In this document: in pieces, positions 40,493 to 50,249 of the stretch
Layout: every line of letters begins with the position of its first letter
How positions within the stretch are numbered: position 1 is the stretch's first letter
Origin: Opitutales bacterium
Lineage (GTDB): Bacteria; Verrucomicrobiota; Verrucomicrobiia; Opitutales; Coraliomargaritaceae
DNA: 64,000 nt
Reading direction: 5' to 3'
Assembly: GCA_049598495.1 (NCBI GenBank)
Contig: JBMYNR010000005.1
Coordinates: 15,618-79,617 of the forward strand
Position numbers and translations under genes: made by a program
The notes under the pieces: model-generated
Seen by the model: the letters and a program-made list of their open reading frames with translations, nothing else
The model's database searches: none
Told to the model about the DNA's origin: nothing

Positions 40493-41494
40493 ATGCCAAA
40501 GCGCTTAGGAAAATTCGAACTTCCAAATCGTCTGTCCAAGATCGACGACTCCGCAACAGACACCTTCGCCACCTTCACTGCTGAACCGTTCGAGACCGGT
40601 TACGGTCATACAATCGGAAACTCCCTCCGTCGTGTGCTTCTTAGCTCGATTGAGGGCGCTGCGATCACCTCGATCAAGATCGATGGTGTGCAGCATGAAT
40701 TCCAGAGTATTGACGGTATTGTAGAAGACGTGACTGACATCGTCCTCAACCTTAAGAAGATACTTCTCGTTTCCGAGTCCCGCGAGTCGGCTACGCTCTT
40801 AATCGATGTCAATCGGGATGGTGTTGTCACAGCGGCTGACATCCAGGAAGATGCTAACTATAAAGTGATTAACCCGAAGCAAGTCATCTGCACACTCGAC
40901 AAGAAGCAGCGTTTTCTCGCTGAGCTTGAGGTGAAGGTGGGTCGCGGTTACTGCACCGGTGAAGACAACAAGAAGACCGATCAGCCAATTGGTGTGATTC
41001 CTATCGATTCACTTTTCAGTCCGGTTCGTCTCGTCAAGTACTCCGTCGAGAACACGCGTGTCGGTCAGTCCATGGACTACGACAAGCTAATCCTTGAAGT
41101 CACGACCGACGGTCGCATTACACCAGACGACGCACTTAAGCAAAGTGCTGCCATCCTTAAACACCATCTCGATGTATTCGATGAAGTTTCCCAGGAAGAC
41201 ATCGAGTTCGAAAGCGAAAGCAAGGAGATCAGCGAGGAGCAAAACCGCCTACGCAAGCTTCTTAACATGAGCGTTAATGAGATCGAACTATCGGTCCGCG
41301 CCGCGAACTGCCTGAATAACGCAAACATTACCACTGTCGGTGAACTTGCGATGAAGTCCGAGCAGGAAATGCTTAAATACCGTAACTTTGGTAAAAAGTC
41401 GCTCAACGAGATCAAGGACAAGCTCGAACAACTCGGTCTATCCCTGGGTATGAAAATCGATGAACGCCTCCTCGAAAAGGGCAGCGATCTTTAA
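40493..41494 (+). CDS. rpoA: RNA polymerase alpha subunit
   Basis: EPFETGYGHTIGNSLRRVLLSS, LSVRAANCL, NFGKKSLNEI. Confidence 0.99.
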   Translation: MPKRLGKFELPNRLSKIDDSATDTFATFTAEPFETGYGHTIGNSLRRVLLSSIEGAAITSIKIDGVQHEFQSIDGIVEDVTDIVLNLKKILLVSESRESATLLIDVNRDGVVTAADIQEDANYKVINPKQVICTLDKKQRFLAELEVKVGRGYCTGEDNKKTDQPIGVIPIDSLFSPVRLVKYSVENTRVGQSMDYDKLILEVTTDGRITPDDALKQSAAILKHHLDVFDEVSQEDIEFESESKEISEEQNRLRKLLNMSVNEIELSVRAANCLNNANITTVGELAMKSEQEMLKYRNFGKKSLNEIKDKLEQLGLSLGMKIDERLLEKGSDL

Positions 41495-41526
41495 TCCCTC
41501 CCCTTTAGCAGAAAGACATTTAGACA

Positions 41527-42114
41527 ATGCGTCACAACAAGAGAAAACACAAACTCGGCGTTTCCGGTCCGCATCGTTCGGCAATGATGGGCAACCTCAC
41601 GGTCGCACTCATTCAGCACGGTCGTATTGAGACGACACTGGCCAAGGCCAAGGCACTGCGCCCATTTATCGAAAAGGTCATCACGCTTGCGAAGAAGGCA
41701 GAGAAAGCGAACGACGCAGCTCGTAAGCTCCATTTTCGTCGCCTAGCGATTGCTCGTGTCCGCGATAAGGCCGCCGTAAGCAAACTCTTCGATGAGCTTG
41801 TTTCAGAGTTTATTGACCGCAGTGGTGGTTACACTCGTATTTACAAGCTCGGCCAGCGTGTTGGTGATGCTGCCGAAATGGCGCTCATCGAATTGATCGA
41901 TGGCAATGACGAGGGTTACGCCAAAAAGCCTAAGAAGAAGGCCGCTAAGAAGAAGGCCGCTAAAAAAGTAGCCGCAAAGGAGGAAGCCGAAGAGGAAGCC
42001 GAAAAGGAAGCCCCGTCTGAAGAAGAGGCTAAGGAAGAAGCTCCTGCCGAAAGTGCCAAGGAAGAAGAGGCAACCGACGAAGCTCCCGCTGAGGAAGAAA
42101 AGAAGGACGCCTAA
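41527..42114 (+). CDS. rplQ: 50S ribosomal protein L17 with a Lys/Ala- then Glu-rich C-terminal extension
   Basis: IETTLAKAK, GGYTRI, GDAAEMA; tail KKKAAKKKAAKKVAA followed by an acidic run. Confidence 0.97.
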   Translation: MRHNKRKHKLGVSGPHRSAMMGNLTVALIQHGRIETTLAKAKALRPFIEKVITLAKKAEKANDAARKLHFRRLAIARVRDKAAVSKLFDELVSEFIDRSGGYTRIYKLGQRVGDAAEMALIELIDGNDEGYAKKPKKKAAKKKAAKKVAAKEEAEEEAEKEAPSEEEAKEEAPAESAKEEEATDEAPAEEEKKDA

Positions 42115-42137
42115 GTGTTTCCTAGATCCCTTTCACT

Positions 42138-42167
42138 AAAGCCCGTTGATTGCGACGGGTTTTTTTT
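42138..42167. terminator. Terminator at the end of the alpha operon
   Basis: AAAGCCCGTTG-ATTG-CGACGGGTTTTTTTT. Confidence 0.85.
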
Positions 42168-42260
42168 GGTTCCTCGTCAAAGTAAGGAAAAATAAGAGGC
42201 ATTGAAACGGCTCTCACCAGAAGTTCTAAGTAGATGCAATGTGCTCTAGGCCACGAACGT

Positions 42261-43100
42261 TTACGCTTCCCACCGTGCCCAGGTGCCACTGGGTACTGCG
42301 AAGGTGCTGCCCGTGCCAGTGAGGAGCATCTCGCCGCAATCAACGCGGCCATGGCTAAGAAGCTGCTGCATTAAATTCTTCAGCACAATGGGGGTAAACC
42401 CTGGGGTATGACTGGTTAGATAGACGAAGCAGGGGTGTTCACTGAGAACGCCTTTCACAAGATGGAGGGTCTCTAGCAGCGCTTGTTCAATTTTATAGAG
42501 TTCGCCGCCTTTGCCTCGCCCGAACGAAGGGGGGTCCAGAAGAATGGCATCATAACGTCGCCCACGGCGAATCTCACGAGTGAGAAATTTGTTCACATCG
42601 TCGACGATCCAGCGGATTGGATGGTCTGCTAAATTATTGAGCGCCGCGTTTTCTCGTGCCCACTGCACCATACCTTTGGATGCATCGACATGACAGCAGT
42701 GGGCCCCGCCTTGTGCGGCCGCTAGTGTTGCGCCGCCCGAATAAGCAAAGAGGTTGAGGAAACTTAGAGGCTCTTTTTTCTGTTTGGAATTCTTAGCGAT
42801 GGTTTCGCGGATCCATTCCCACATAGAGCGGGTTTCCGGAAAAACGCCCAGATGCCCGAAGTCAGTGGTGGAGAGTTTCATCTTCACGCTGTTCACTTCG
42901 GTAACCCACGATTCGGGCAGGCGCTCCCGTCCACGCCACTCAAGACCTTGCTTACGGGTGAAAAAGGCGTCCGCTTCCTTCCAGAGTTTCGGGCGGCTAG
43001 GGTTCCAGACCGCTTGCGCGCAGGGCCGATCCAGTGTGACCTTACCAAAGCGCTCTAGTTTGCGCCCATGTCCGCTGTCGATGAGTTCGTATTGGTTCAT
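42261..43100 (-). CDS. Class I SAM-dependent methyltransferase (RlmI/RlmK-like, probable RNA target)
   Basis: [47 protein letters not shown] at 43100. Confidence 0.88.
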   Translation of the reverse strand: MNQYELIDSGHGRKLERFGKVTLDRPCAQAVWNPSRPKLWKEADAFFTRKQGLEWRGRERLPESWVTEVNSVKMKLSTTDFGHLGVFPETRSMWEWIRETIAKNSKQKKEPLSFLNLFAYSGGATLAAAQGGAHCCHVDASKGMVQWARENAALNNLADHPIRWIVDDVNKFLTREIRRGRRYDAILLDPPSFGRGKGGELYKIEQALLETLHLVKGVLSEHPCFVYLTSHTPGFTPIVLKNLMQQLLSHGRVDCGEMLLTGTGSTFAVPSGTWARWEA

Positions 43101-43110
43101 TCTCGAGGTA

Positions 43111-43142
43111 TGAAAGTGGGAATGTGTGAATGTGGGAAGGTT
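43111..43142. repeat. Four tandem octamers between the tdk stop and the methyltransferase start
   Basis: TGAAAGTG GGAATGTG TGAATGTG GGAAGGTT. Confidence 0.55.
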
Positions 43143-43167
43143 ACTTTTTAGTTTCTCACCTTTGCAT

Positions 43168-43761
43168 TCACTCAGTGGCTTTGCCGCCATCCATCGCCTC
43201 GACGAAGCACTTTCTGCACATAGCCACATAGCGTTCGTTCCCGCCTATATCGACCTGATCGCCTTCCTTGATCGGGTTACCGTTTTCGTCCGTACGCAGG
43301 TTCATGGTCGCCTTGCGGCTGCATTGGCAGATGGTCTTCAGTTCGATGAGATTATCTGCCCAACCGAGTAGGGCGGCACTTCCCGGAAATAGGTTGCCCA
43401 GGAAGTCGGTGCGTAGTCCATAGCAGAGAACAGGGATGCCGATTTCGTCGGCGACCCGGCTAAGCTGACGGACCTGAATCTCCGTGAGAAACTGAGCCTC
43501 ATCAATCAGCACACAGGCGATCGGGTCCCTTGTATGAACTTGGTAACTAGTAGAAAAGAGGTCATCCGTCGCACTGAATGGATGTGCGTTCTTTGCCAAC
43601 CCAATTCTTGAAGCGATCTTGCCGACGCCGCCCCTCTGATCGATGGTGGGTGTGAGCAGAAGCGTTTTCATCCCGCGCTCCTGATAGTTGTGGCTCGATT
43701 GGAGGAGCACGGTGCTCTTGCCCGCATTCATTGCGGAATAGTAGAAGTAGAGTTTAGCCAT
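43168..43761 (-). CDS. tdk: Thymidine kinase
   Basis: [39 protein letters not shown]. Confidence 0.97.
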   Translation of the reverse strand: MAKLYFYYSAMNAGKSTVLLQSSHNYQERGMKTLLLTPTIDQRGGVGKIASRIGLAKNAHPFSATDDLFSTSYQVHTRDPIACVLIDEAQFLTEIQVRQLSRVADEIGIPVLCYGLRTDFLGNLFPGSAALLGWADNLIELKTICQCSRKATMNLRTDENGNPIKEGDQVDIGGNERYVAMCRKCFVEAMDGGKATE

Positions 43762-43778
43762 TAGGAAATTTGTGAGGC

Positions 43779-43858
43779 AGGTAGCGGCGCGTGTTCCTAG
43801 GCGCCATTCGATAGAGCTAGTTACATTTCTATGATGAACGGGACGATCGCCACTACCT
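43779..43858. repeat. GTAG-type REP doublet (REPIN-like inverted pair)
   Basis: AGGTAGCGGCG ... CGCCACTACCT terminal inverted repeat. The left unit is GTAG followed by the hairpin GGCGC-N10-GCGCC. Confidence 0.5.
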
Positions 43859-43885
43859 TTTTTATGTCTATTCGAACCGTTTGGT

Positions 43886-44821
43886 TTAGGCAGTCAGTAA
43901 TTTCGCGGCCATGCCGTAGCGAAGATTATAGAATGAATGGGTTAAGTGGTCGCGCTCGGCGTAGTCCAGTAGCGTATCGATAGTGATGAGTGCGGTCGGC
44001 AGGATATCGGCTCGAGCCGCAGGTAAGTGCGGGGTGGCCAGTCTTTCGTGGAGGGGGAGGCTGGCGAGTTGCTTTTTCAAGCAGTCAAGGGTTTTACGTT
44101 CCAATCTCGCTGAAGAGTGCCCCATATCGGAATAAGCCTTCGCGGCGAGAACCGCCCGACTCACGGTGTAAGCTCCCCCGGTCGCGACCAATGGGAGTGA
44201 GTGTGGGAAAAAGTCGAATTCGCACTCGCTCAGAGCTTGGCGCACATGTTCCCGTATTGCGGCTTCGGTTTCGGCGCAGAGCGGTCCTTCACGTTCTTTA
44301 ATGAATCTCTCGCTTATGCGGACAGCTCCGAGTTGGAGAGAAAGTGCTTTGGTGATCTCGCCATCTTCGAAGCGGATGAGTTCTAGGCTGCCGCCACCGA
44401 TATCGGTTTGGATAAAGCGTTTCATGCCAGCAATGGCCGGGTCGCAACTAAGGCCTCTTCCAATAAGGATCGCCTCCTCTTCGCCGCTGAGAACCCTAAT
44501 TTGCAGTCCCGTCGTATCGAGGACCGACTGAGTGAAGTCCCTGCCGTTCAAGGCATCACGCACCGCACTAGTGGCGACGACGGCGATCTGCCCCGGCTGA
44601 AAGTTTCCGGCCATTCGTTGAAGTTCAGCGATGGTTTCGGTTCCGGCGAGAATGGCCTCGTCACTCAGGCTTGGTAGTTCATGGCTGATCCCTGCGCTAA
44701 TCCGAGTTTCGATTGTCTCCGTAAATAGCGTTTCGAGACTACCTTTGACCTCTCCCGCTCGCGCGACCAGCAACTTGATCGAGTTGCTGCCGACATCAAT
44801 AACTGCGATCGGTGGCGTCAT
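43886..44821 (-). CDS. Ppx/GppA family phosphatase (single domain)
   Basis: [40 protein letters not shown]. Confidence 0.92.
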   Translation of the reverse strand: MTPPIAVIDVGSNSIKLLVARAGEVKGSLETLFTETIETRISAGISHELPSLSDEAILAGTETIAELQRMAGNFQPGQIAVVATSAVRDALNGRDFTQSVLDTTGLQIRVLSGEEEAILIGRGLSCDPAIAGMKRFIQTDIGGGSLELIRFEDGEITKALSLQLGAVRISERFIKEREGPLCAETEAAIREHVRQALSECEFDFFPHSLPLVATGGAYTVSRAVLAAKAYSDMGHSSARLERKTLDCLKKQLASLPLHERLATPHLPAARADILPTALITIDTLLDYAERDHLTHSFYNLRYGMAAKLLTA

Positions 44822-44928
44822 TCATCCATGGCACAGTGAGCATCTCGGTGCGTCAAGATTTGGATGCCTGCGACCAAGATTGCGCTAGCCGTTGGCAGCG
44901 AATACTCTACATCTAATATTCTCAATTT

Positions 44929-46548
44929 ATGCCATTCAATGTCGCACAATTCCTCGCCGAACAGGCGGAGATACAACCTTCCGCACCGGCCGTTCGTGCG
45001 CCTGTTGGGAAAACTTCCGATGGTTCGATTCGCTATGCTGAGCGAACCTTCTTCGAGTTGGAAGCTGAGGCGTCAGCTGCCGCCCATTATTTGTCTGTGA
45101 AAGGTATTGGCCGAGGGACCAGGGTGCTACTGATGGTGAAACCTGGTCTCGATCTGATCCGTATTGTTTTTGCGCTCTTTAAGATCGGCGCGGTACCCAT
45201 TGTGATAGATCCCGGTATGGGCTTGAACAAATTCCTGCGCTGTGTGCGGCACTCGAAGCCAGAGGCCCTGGTGGGGATTCCTGCGGCCATTTGGATCGGG
45301 CGACTTTTCCGGCCGAGCTTCCGTGGGGTGGATATCCGTCTCGGGATTGGTCGGCATTTTGAAAGTAAGATCAAGGCCTTCGTGGAGAAGGGTGCGTTCC
45401 CCGTCGTGGATTCAAACGAAGATGAGCTGGCAGCGATTCTCTTTACCTCCGGATCGACAGGGCCTGCGAAAGGAGTCTGTTACAACCATGGCATGTTCCT
45501 TGCGCAGGTGGATGCGATACGTCGACAATATGGCATTCAACCAGGGGAAGTGGATCTCCCTATGCTGCCTGTATTTGCACTGTTTAATCCGGCGCTTGGT
45601 ATGTGCACCATCGTTCCGGAAATGAATCCAAGCCGTCCCGCGACGGTCGATCCCGAAAAAATCGTGCGGTCGATTCAGCAGAATGCGGTTAGTAATAGCT
45701 TTGGCTCCCCCGCGCTGTGGACCAAGATCCTGCGCCATTGCGAGGCGCACTCGATCCAATTGCCGACAATACGTCGTATTTTGATGGCGGGAGCGCCGGT
45801 GCCTCCGGTGTTGATGGAGCGGATGCGTGCGATCATCCCGAATGGAGAAATTCATACGCCTTATGGGGCGACCGAGGCACTGCCCGTTAGTTCGATTTCC
45901 GCAACAGAGGTGCTGGAGGATACGGCGATTCGCACACAAAAAGGCGAGGGCACCTGCGTCGGCGAGCCCCTCCCCGGTATATCGGTTCGCATAATACAGC
46001 CGGTCGATGGAGCCATCAAACAGATCGACCATGCGGTCGATTTAACCACGGGTGAGATTGGTGAGATCATTGTACAAGGCTCCTCCGTGACACAGGGCTA
46101 CGATCAACTGCCCGAAGCTGATGCATATTCCAAGATAGCGGATGCTTCCTTTCACTGGCACAGGATGGGAGACATGGGCTGGCTGGATAGGGCGGGGCGC
46201 CTCTGGTTTTGCGGCCGTAAGGTAGAGCGTGTCCTGTCTCGTAAGGGCCCGATGTATACCGATTGTTGCGAAGCAATTTTCAATCAGCATCCAAAGGTCT
46301 ACCGATCGGCTTTGATTGATTTGGGCGGGGGGCTCCCTGGAATAGTGATTGAGCCTGAAGCCGGAAACTTCCCGCAGACCGTGGGCAGGAAGAATGAGTT
46401 TATCGAATCGTTGCGAGAATTGGCACAGGGGAATCCGCTGACAGCCTCGATCGTTCATTTTTTCTTCGAGGCATCTTTTCCTGTCGATGTGCGCCACAAC
46501 GCAAAGATTCATCGCTTGTCCCTTGCGCGTAAATATGCCTTTAAGTAG
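44929..46548 (+). CDS. oleC: OleC-like AMP-dependent ligase (olefin beta-lactone synthetase)
   Basis: IDPGMG, AILFTSGSTGPAKG, FALFNPALG, FGSPA, TPYGATEALP, WHRMGD, WFCGRK, FPVDVRHNAKI; followed by an OleD-like gene. Confidence 0.82.
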   Translation: MPFNVAQFLAEQAEIQPSAPAVRAPVGKTSDGSIRYAERTFFELEAEASAAAHYLSVKGIGRGTRVLLMVKPGLDLIRIVFALFKIGAVPIVIDPGMGLNKFLRCVRHSKPEALVGIPAAIWIGRLFRPSFRGVDIRLGIGRHFESKIKAFVEKGAFPVVDSNEDELAAILFTSGSTGPAKGVCYNHGMFLAQVDAIRRQYGIQPGEVDLPMLPVFALFNPALGMCTIVPEMNPSRPATVDPEKIVRSIQQNAVSNSFGSPALWTKILRHCEAHSIQLPTIRRILMAGAPVPPVLMERMRAIIPNGEIHTPYGATEALPVSSISATEVLEDTAIRTQKGEGTCVGEPLPGISVRIIQPVDGAIKQIDHAVDLTTGEIGEIIVQGSSVTQGYDQLPEADAYSKIADASFHWHRMGDMGWLDRAGRLWFCGRKVERVLSRKGPMYTDCCEAIFNQHPKVYRSALIDLGGGLPGIVIEPEAGNFPQTVGRKNEFIESLRELAQGNPLTASIVHFFFEASFPVDVRHNAKIHRLSLARKYAFK

Positions 46549-46557
46549 GCTTTCTGG

Positions 46558-47556
46558 ATGAAGATTTTAGTCACAGGAGGCGGCGGCTTTGTGGGGTCCT
46601 ACGTGGTCGATCTCCTGCTTGCTCGTGGCTACAGTGTGCGCTCATTCGGACGGTCGCCGCAACCGGCCCTGAAGGCCAAAGGTGTGGAGGTTATTTGCGG
46701 GGATTTGGTGAGCGCGGAGGATGTTCGGCTAGCCTGCTCTGGAGTGGATGCGGTTTTTCATGTCGCTGCGAAGGCAGGCGTTTGGGGTGATTGGAATCGT
46801 TTCTACCAGCCGAATGTGGTCGGCACACGCAACGTGGTCGAGGCCTGCCAATCCGAAGGGATTGGTCGGCTTGTGTATACCAGTACACCGAGTGTGGTCT
46901 TTAATGGGGAGTCGATCCGGGGTGGTGGTTCCGAGATGCCCTATGGCCGGAAGTGGCTATGCCACTATGCCCATACGAAAGCGATCGCGGAACAAGAGGC
47001 GCTCTCGGCGAATTCAGAATGGCTCAAGGTGGTTGCGCTACGCCCCCATTTGATTTTCGGTCCCGGCGATCCTCATTTACTACCAAGGGTGATCGAAAGT
47101 GTGAAAGCGGGGCGCCTGAAGATTGTCGGTTCGGGAGAGAACCGGGTGGATGTCTCCTACGTCGAGGACGTGGCTCAGGCCCATTTGAACGCCTTCGACG
47201 CTTTAAGTGAGGATGCTGCGAGCTGTTCCGGGAAGGCTTATTTCATCTCGCAGGGGGAACCGGTCTGTCTCTGGTCGTGGTTGAACCAAGTCTTGGAGGG
47301 TCTTGGGCAACCACCACTCTTGAAGCGCATCCCACTTGGTGTCGCTTACTCAGTAGGTGCCATTGCGGAAGTAATATGGAAACTGCTCGCTAAAGCAGGG
47401 GAGCCTCCGATCACACGCTTCGTCGCAGTTGAGCTCGCAAAGGATCACTATTTTCGTATCGATGAAGCGACCAGAGATATCGGCTATCGGCCCTCGGTTG
47501 AGATGGATGACGCTCTGAAGAATACGATCCGTGATCTCTCGGAGAGAGGCTATTAG
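46558..47556 (+). CDS. oleD: OleD-like NAD(P)-dependent reductase (3-beta-HSD/epimerase family)
   Basis: ILVTGGGGFVG, VFHVAAKAGVWG, YTSTPSVVF, HYAHTKAIAE, LRPHLIFGPGDPHL. Confidence 0.8.
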   Translation: MKILVTGGGGFVGSYVVDLLLARGYSVRSFGRSPQPALKAKGVEVICGDLVSAEDVRLACSGVDAVFHVAAKAGVWGDWNRFYQPNVVGTRNVVEACQSEGIGRLVYTSTPSVVFNGESIRGGGSEMPYGRKWLCHYAHTKAIAEQEALSANSEWLKVVALRPHLIFGPGDPHLLPRVIESVKAGRLKIVGSGENRVDVSYVEDVAQAHLNAFDALSEDAASCSGKAYFISQGEPVCLWSWLNQVLEGLGQPPLLKRIPLGVAYSVGAIAEVIWKLLAKAGEPPITRFVAVELAKDHYFRIDEATRDIGYRPSVEMDDALKNTIRDLSERGY

Positions 47557-47561
47557 GGTTC

Positions 47562-47668
47562 TGCCTTCAGTCCATTCCTTCTACCGCGAGCGGTAGCTAG
47601 AGCAATAGGCTCTAACGACTTCGTGTGGCACACGGAGAATTTCTCAAAGTGGGTATAAACTGGAGGCA
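47562..47668 (+). other. Cloverleaf-like multi-hairpin intergenic element (structured RNA or MITE-like)
   Basis: Closing stem GCCTTCAGT/ACTGGAGGC enclosing hairpins CTACCG/CGGTAG, TAGAGC/GCTCTA and CTTCGTGT/ACACGGAG. Confidence 0.45.
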
Positions 47669-47729
47669 TCCTTAGAAATTAAAGGAGATGATTTGCGTCC
47701 ATCCTCCCAAGGGTTCATCCCGATATGTG

Positions 47730-48512
47730 ATGGAAGTTATATTTTTAGGAACAGGCACCTCACAGGGGGTGCCGATGATTGCGCAACCGGAAGGCGAGGG
47801 CTGTGATCTACAGAACCCGAAGAATTGGAGAACGCGTGCATCTATCCATGTAGAGATGGGCGGGCATCATATACAGGTCGATGCGGCGCCTGAATTTCGA
47901 ATGCAGTGCATCCAGAACGGGGTTGAACAGATCGACACCTTTATCCTGACTCACGGACACGCGGATCACATTCTTGGAATGGATGACTTGCGCCGTTTTT
48001 GCGATTTAAATGGGGCAACTGCTTTGCCGGTATATAGCAACTCCGAGGGGCTCGAGAGGATACGAAGTATTTTTCCTTATGCGATTCTCGATAAACCCCT
48101 GGTTAAGGGCTACCCAGCGTTCCAGTTGCATGAAATGCCAAAGGCGCTCGAGCTGCCCGGTGGCACAGTGGAGTCGGTTGCCTTACCCCATGGTACGCTC
48201 CAAGTTTTGGGACTTGTGTTTACCGAGGCGGAAACGGGAAAACAGCTTACCTACTATACGGACTGTAAAGATGTCGGGGAGGAGGCACGCCTGATTGCTG
48301 AAGATTCCGATGTCGTCGTTTTGGATGGTCTCCGTCCGAACCCACATCCATCGCACATGACGATTGAGGAGGCTGCCAAGACAGCGGAGGAGATGAGGGC
48401 CCCGATATCGTTTCTGACTCATATGACCTATATGGTCGATCACGACGAGACGGAGGCCACACTGCCGGACAACGTCCATCTCGCTTATGATGGCTTGCGG
48501 GTGAGTTGGTAA
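47730..48512 (+). CDS. MBL-fold metallo-hydrolase (PhnP-like)
   Basis: FLGTGTSQGVP, THGHADHILGMDDLR, YYTD, SHM, LTHM, AYDGL. Confidence 0.9.
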   Translation: MEVIFLGTGTSQGVPMIAQPEGEGCDLQNPKNWRTRASIHVEMGGHHIQVDAAPEFRMQCIQNGVEQIDTFILTHGHADHILGMDDLRRFCDLNGATALPVYSNSEGLERIRSIFPYAILDKPLVKGYPAFQLHEMPKALELPGGTVESVALPHGTLQVLGLVFTEAETGKQLTYYTDCKDVGEEARLIAEDSDVVVLDGLRPNPHPSHMTIEEAAKTAEEMRAPISFLTHMTYMVDHDETEATLPDNVHLAYDGLRVSW

Positions 48513-48518
48513 GAATGG

Positions 48519-49592
48519 CTACAGTAGCACCAGTTTCGAACGGTGCAGGACGATGCGACTTTCTTTATCATCCGATGGATCTCCAGCTGTAAGGTCTTCG
48601 CTGCTGCATGCGGCCATGCCTTGCCCGATGACTTCACCTTCGGGAGAGAGCACCTCAATCATGTCTTCCATCTCGAAATAACCTGCGTGGCTGACAATGC
48701 CTTTGGCGAGCAGACTGCTCCCATTCTGGAGCGCGTCAAATGCGCCCGGGTCCACCATGACGCTTCCCTTGAAGCGGTCCTGTATCGCGATCCAGCGCTT
48801 GTAGGACTTCACCGGAATATCCTTGGCTACAAAGTAGGTGCCCACGGAGTGGCCTTTAAGTAGTTGATCAAAAAGTGACGCGTCCTTGCCGCTACCGATG
48901 ATGACACCGCAGCCAGCGCGCTGTGCGATCTTTGCGGCGGACAGTTTGCTGACCATGCCGCCGACCGAGGTTTCCTGCTGCGTGCCTTGAGCCATCGCCT
49001 CGATCTCGGGAGTGATCGTTTCCACAACAGGTACCACTTCACCGGAGCCCTGCATGTCGATGAGTCCGGGGATGTTGGAAAGGATAAAGAGCAGATCAGC
49101 ATTTGTGACACTAGCGACAAGCGCCGAGAGGGTGTCGTTGTCGCCGAATTTGATCTCCGTTGCGCTAACCGTATCGTTCTCGTTGACGATCGGTATGGTA
49201 TTGTTCGCAAGCAAACGTTCGACTGTTTCAAAGACCGCATTGTGTCGATGCTTCGCGCGCAGGTCCTCCCGAGTGAGTAGGATTTGTGCGACGGTGAGTT
49301 CGTGCGGATCAAAACACTGCTGCCAGGTATTAATGAGAATGCTTTGCCCAATCGCGGCGCAGGCTTGCAGGGAGGCCAGATCCTTGGGTCGTTTCTCGAG
49401 CCCGAGCTTACCCATGCCGAGCCCGACGGAGCCTGAACTTACAAGTATGATCTCGATTCCGTGTTCGCGTAGTGCCTTGACCTGAGCGCAGAGGTTTGAG
49501 ATCCGCTCTGTATCCAAGTTGCCGATGCCGGACGTAAGTACGCCCGTCCCGAGCTTGATCACGATGCGCTTGGCCTGAGAGAGGGGAGACAT
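48519..49592 (-). CDS. proB: Glutamate 5-kinase with PUA domain
   Basis: IVIKLGT, VSSGSV, PIVNEND, FGDNDTLSA, GGMVSKL. Confidence 0.96.
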   Translation of the reverse strand: MSPLSQAKRIVIKLGTGVLTSGIGNLDTERISNLCAQVKALREHGIEIILVSSGSVGLGMGKLGLEKRPKDLASLQACAAIGQSILINTWQQCFDPHELTVAQILLTREDLRAKHRHNAVFETVERLLANNTIPIVNENDTVSATEIKFGDNDTLSALVASVTNADLLFILSNIPGLIDMQGSGEVVPVVETITPEIEAMAQGTQQETSVGGMVSKLSAAKIAQRAGCGVIIGSGKDASLFDQLLKGHSVGTYFVAKDIPVKSYKRWIAIQDRFKGSVMVDPGAFDALQNGSSLLAKGIVSHAGYFEMEDMIEVLSPEGEVIGQGMAACSSEDLTAGDPSDDKESRIVLHRSKLVLL

Positions 49593-49596
49593 TTTT

Positions 49597-49631
49597 TCAG
49601 TGGTCAGAAATCAGAAGCCGGAAGTTAGGTG
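49597..49631. repeat. Tandem heptamers (TCAGAAR-like) between frr and proB
   Basis: TCAGTGG TCAGAAA TCAGAAG CCGGAAG TTAGGTG. Confidence 0.6.
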
Positions 49632-49664
49632 CTGCCCTCTGTTCTCGAATATCTGTCTTCCGAA

Positions 49665-50222
49665 TTAGACCTTCTTGAGATCCGCTTCCTTGTTTGAGAA
49701 GTGATTGTTGATTTCCGCGATGTAGTCATCGTGTGCTTTCTGCACATCTTTTTCGTAGCGCTTGAAGTCGTCTTCGGGCAGACCATCGTCGTTCTTTGCT
49801 GCTTTTAGGAGGTCGAGTGCATCGCGGCGTGCCTGACGAATGCGAACACGGCCTTCTTCGGCCATACCGCCTGCGGTCTTGACCAGTTCTTGCCTTCGTT
49901 CGCCGGTAAGTTCGGGAACAGGAACGCGAAGGATGCCGCCGTCAATAATCGGATTCAATCCGAGGTTAGCCTCTTGTATGCCCTTTTCCACATCTTGGAT
50001 CACGCTTTTATCCCAAGGCTGCACCATGATGGTGCGAGCATCTGGTGTTGTGACCGCGGCCACTTCCTTGAGGGTGACGGTACTACCGTAGGCATTGACT
50101 CGGACGCCATCCAGCATTGCAGGGCTTGCTTTACCTGTGTGCAGGCTGCTGAACTCGTGCAGGGTGTGGTCGACCGCCTTTTTCATATCGGCGTCCATTG
50201 ATTTGAGAATTTCTTTTGGCAT
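49665..50222 (-). CDS. frr: Ribosome recycling factor
   Basis: TGKASP, AYG, QPWDKS, NLGLNP, LTGERRQEL. Confidence 0.97.
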   Translation of the reverse strand: MPKEILKSMDADMKKAVDHTLHEFSSLHTGKASPAMLDGVRVNAYGSTVTLKEVAAVTTPDARTIMVQPWDKSVIQDVEKGIQEANLGLNPIIDGGILRVPVPELTGERRQELVKTAGGMAEEGRVRIRQARRDALDLLKAAKNDDGLPEDDFKRYEKDVQKAHDDYIAEINNHFSNKEADLKKV

Positions 50223-50249
50223 CGTGTTGAGTTGTTGGAGAGTGGAAAG

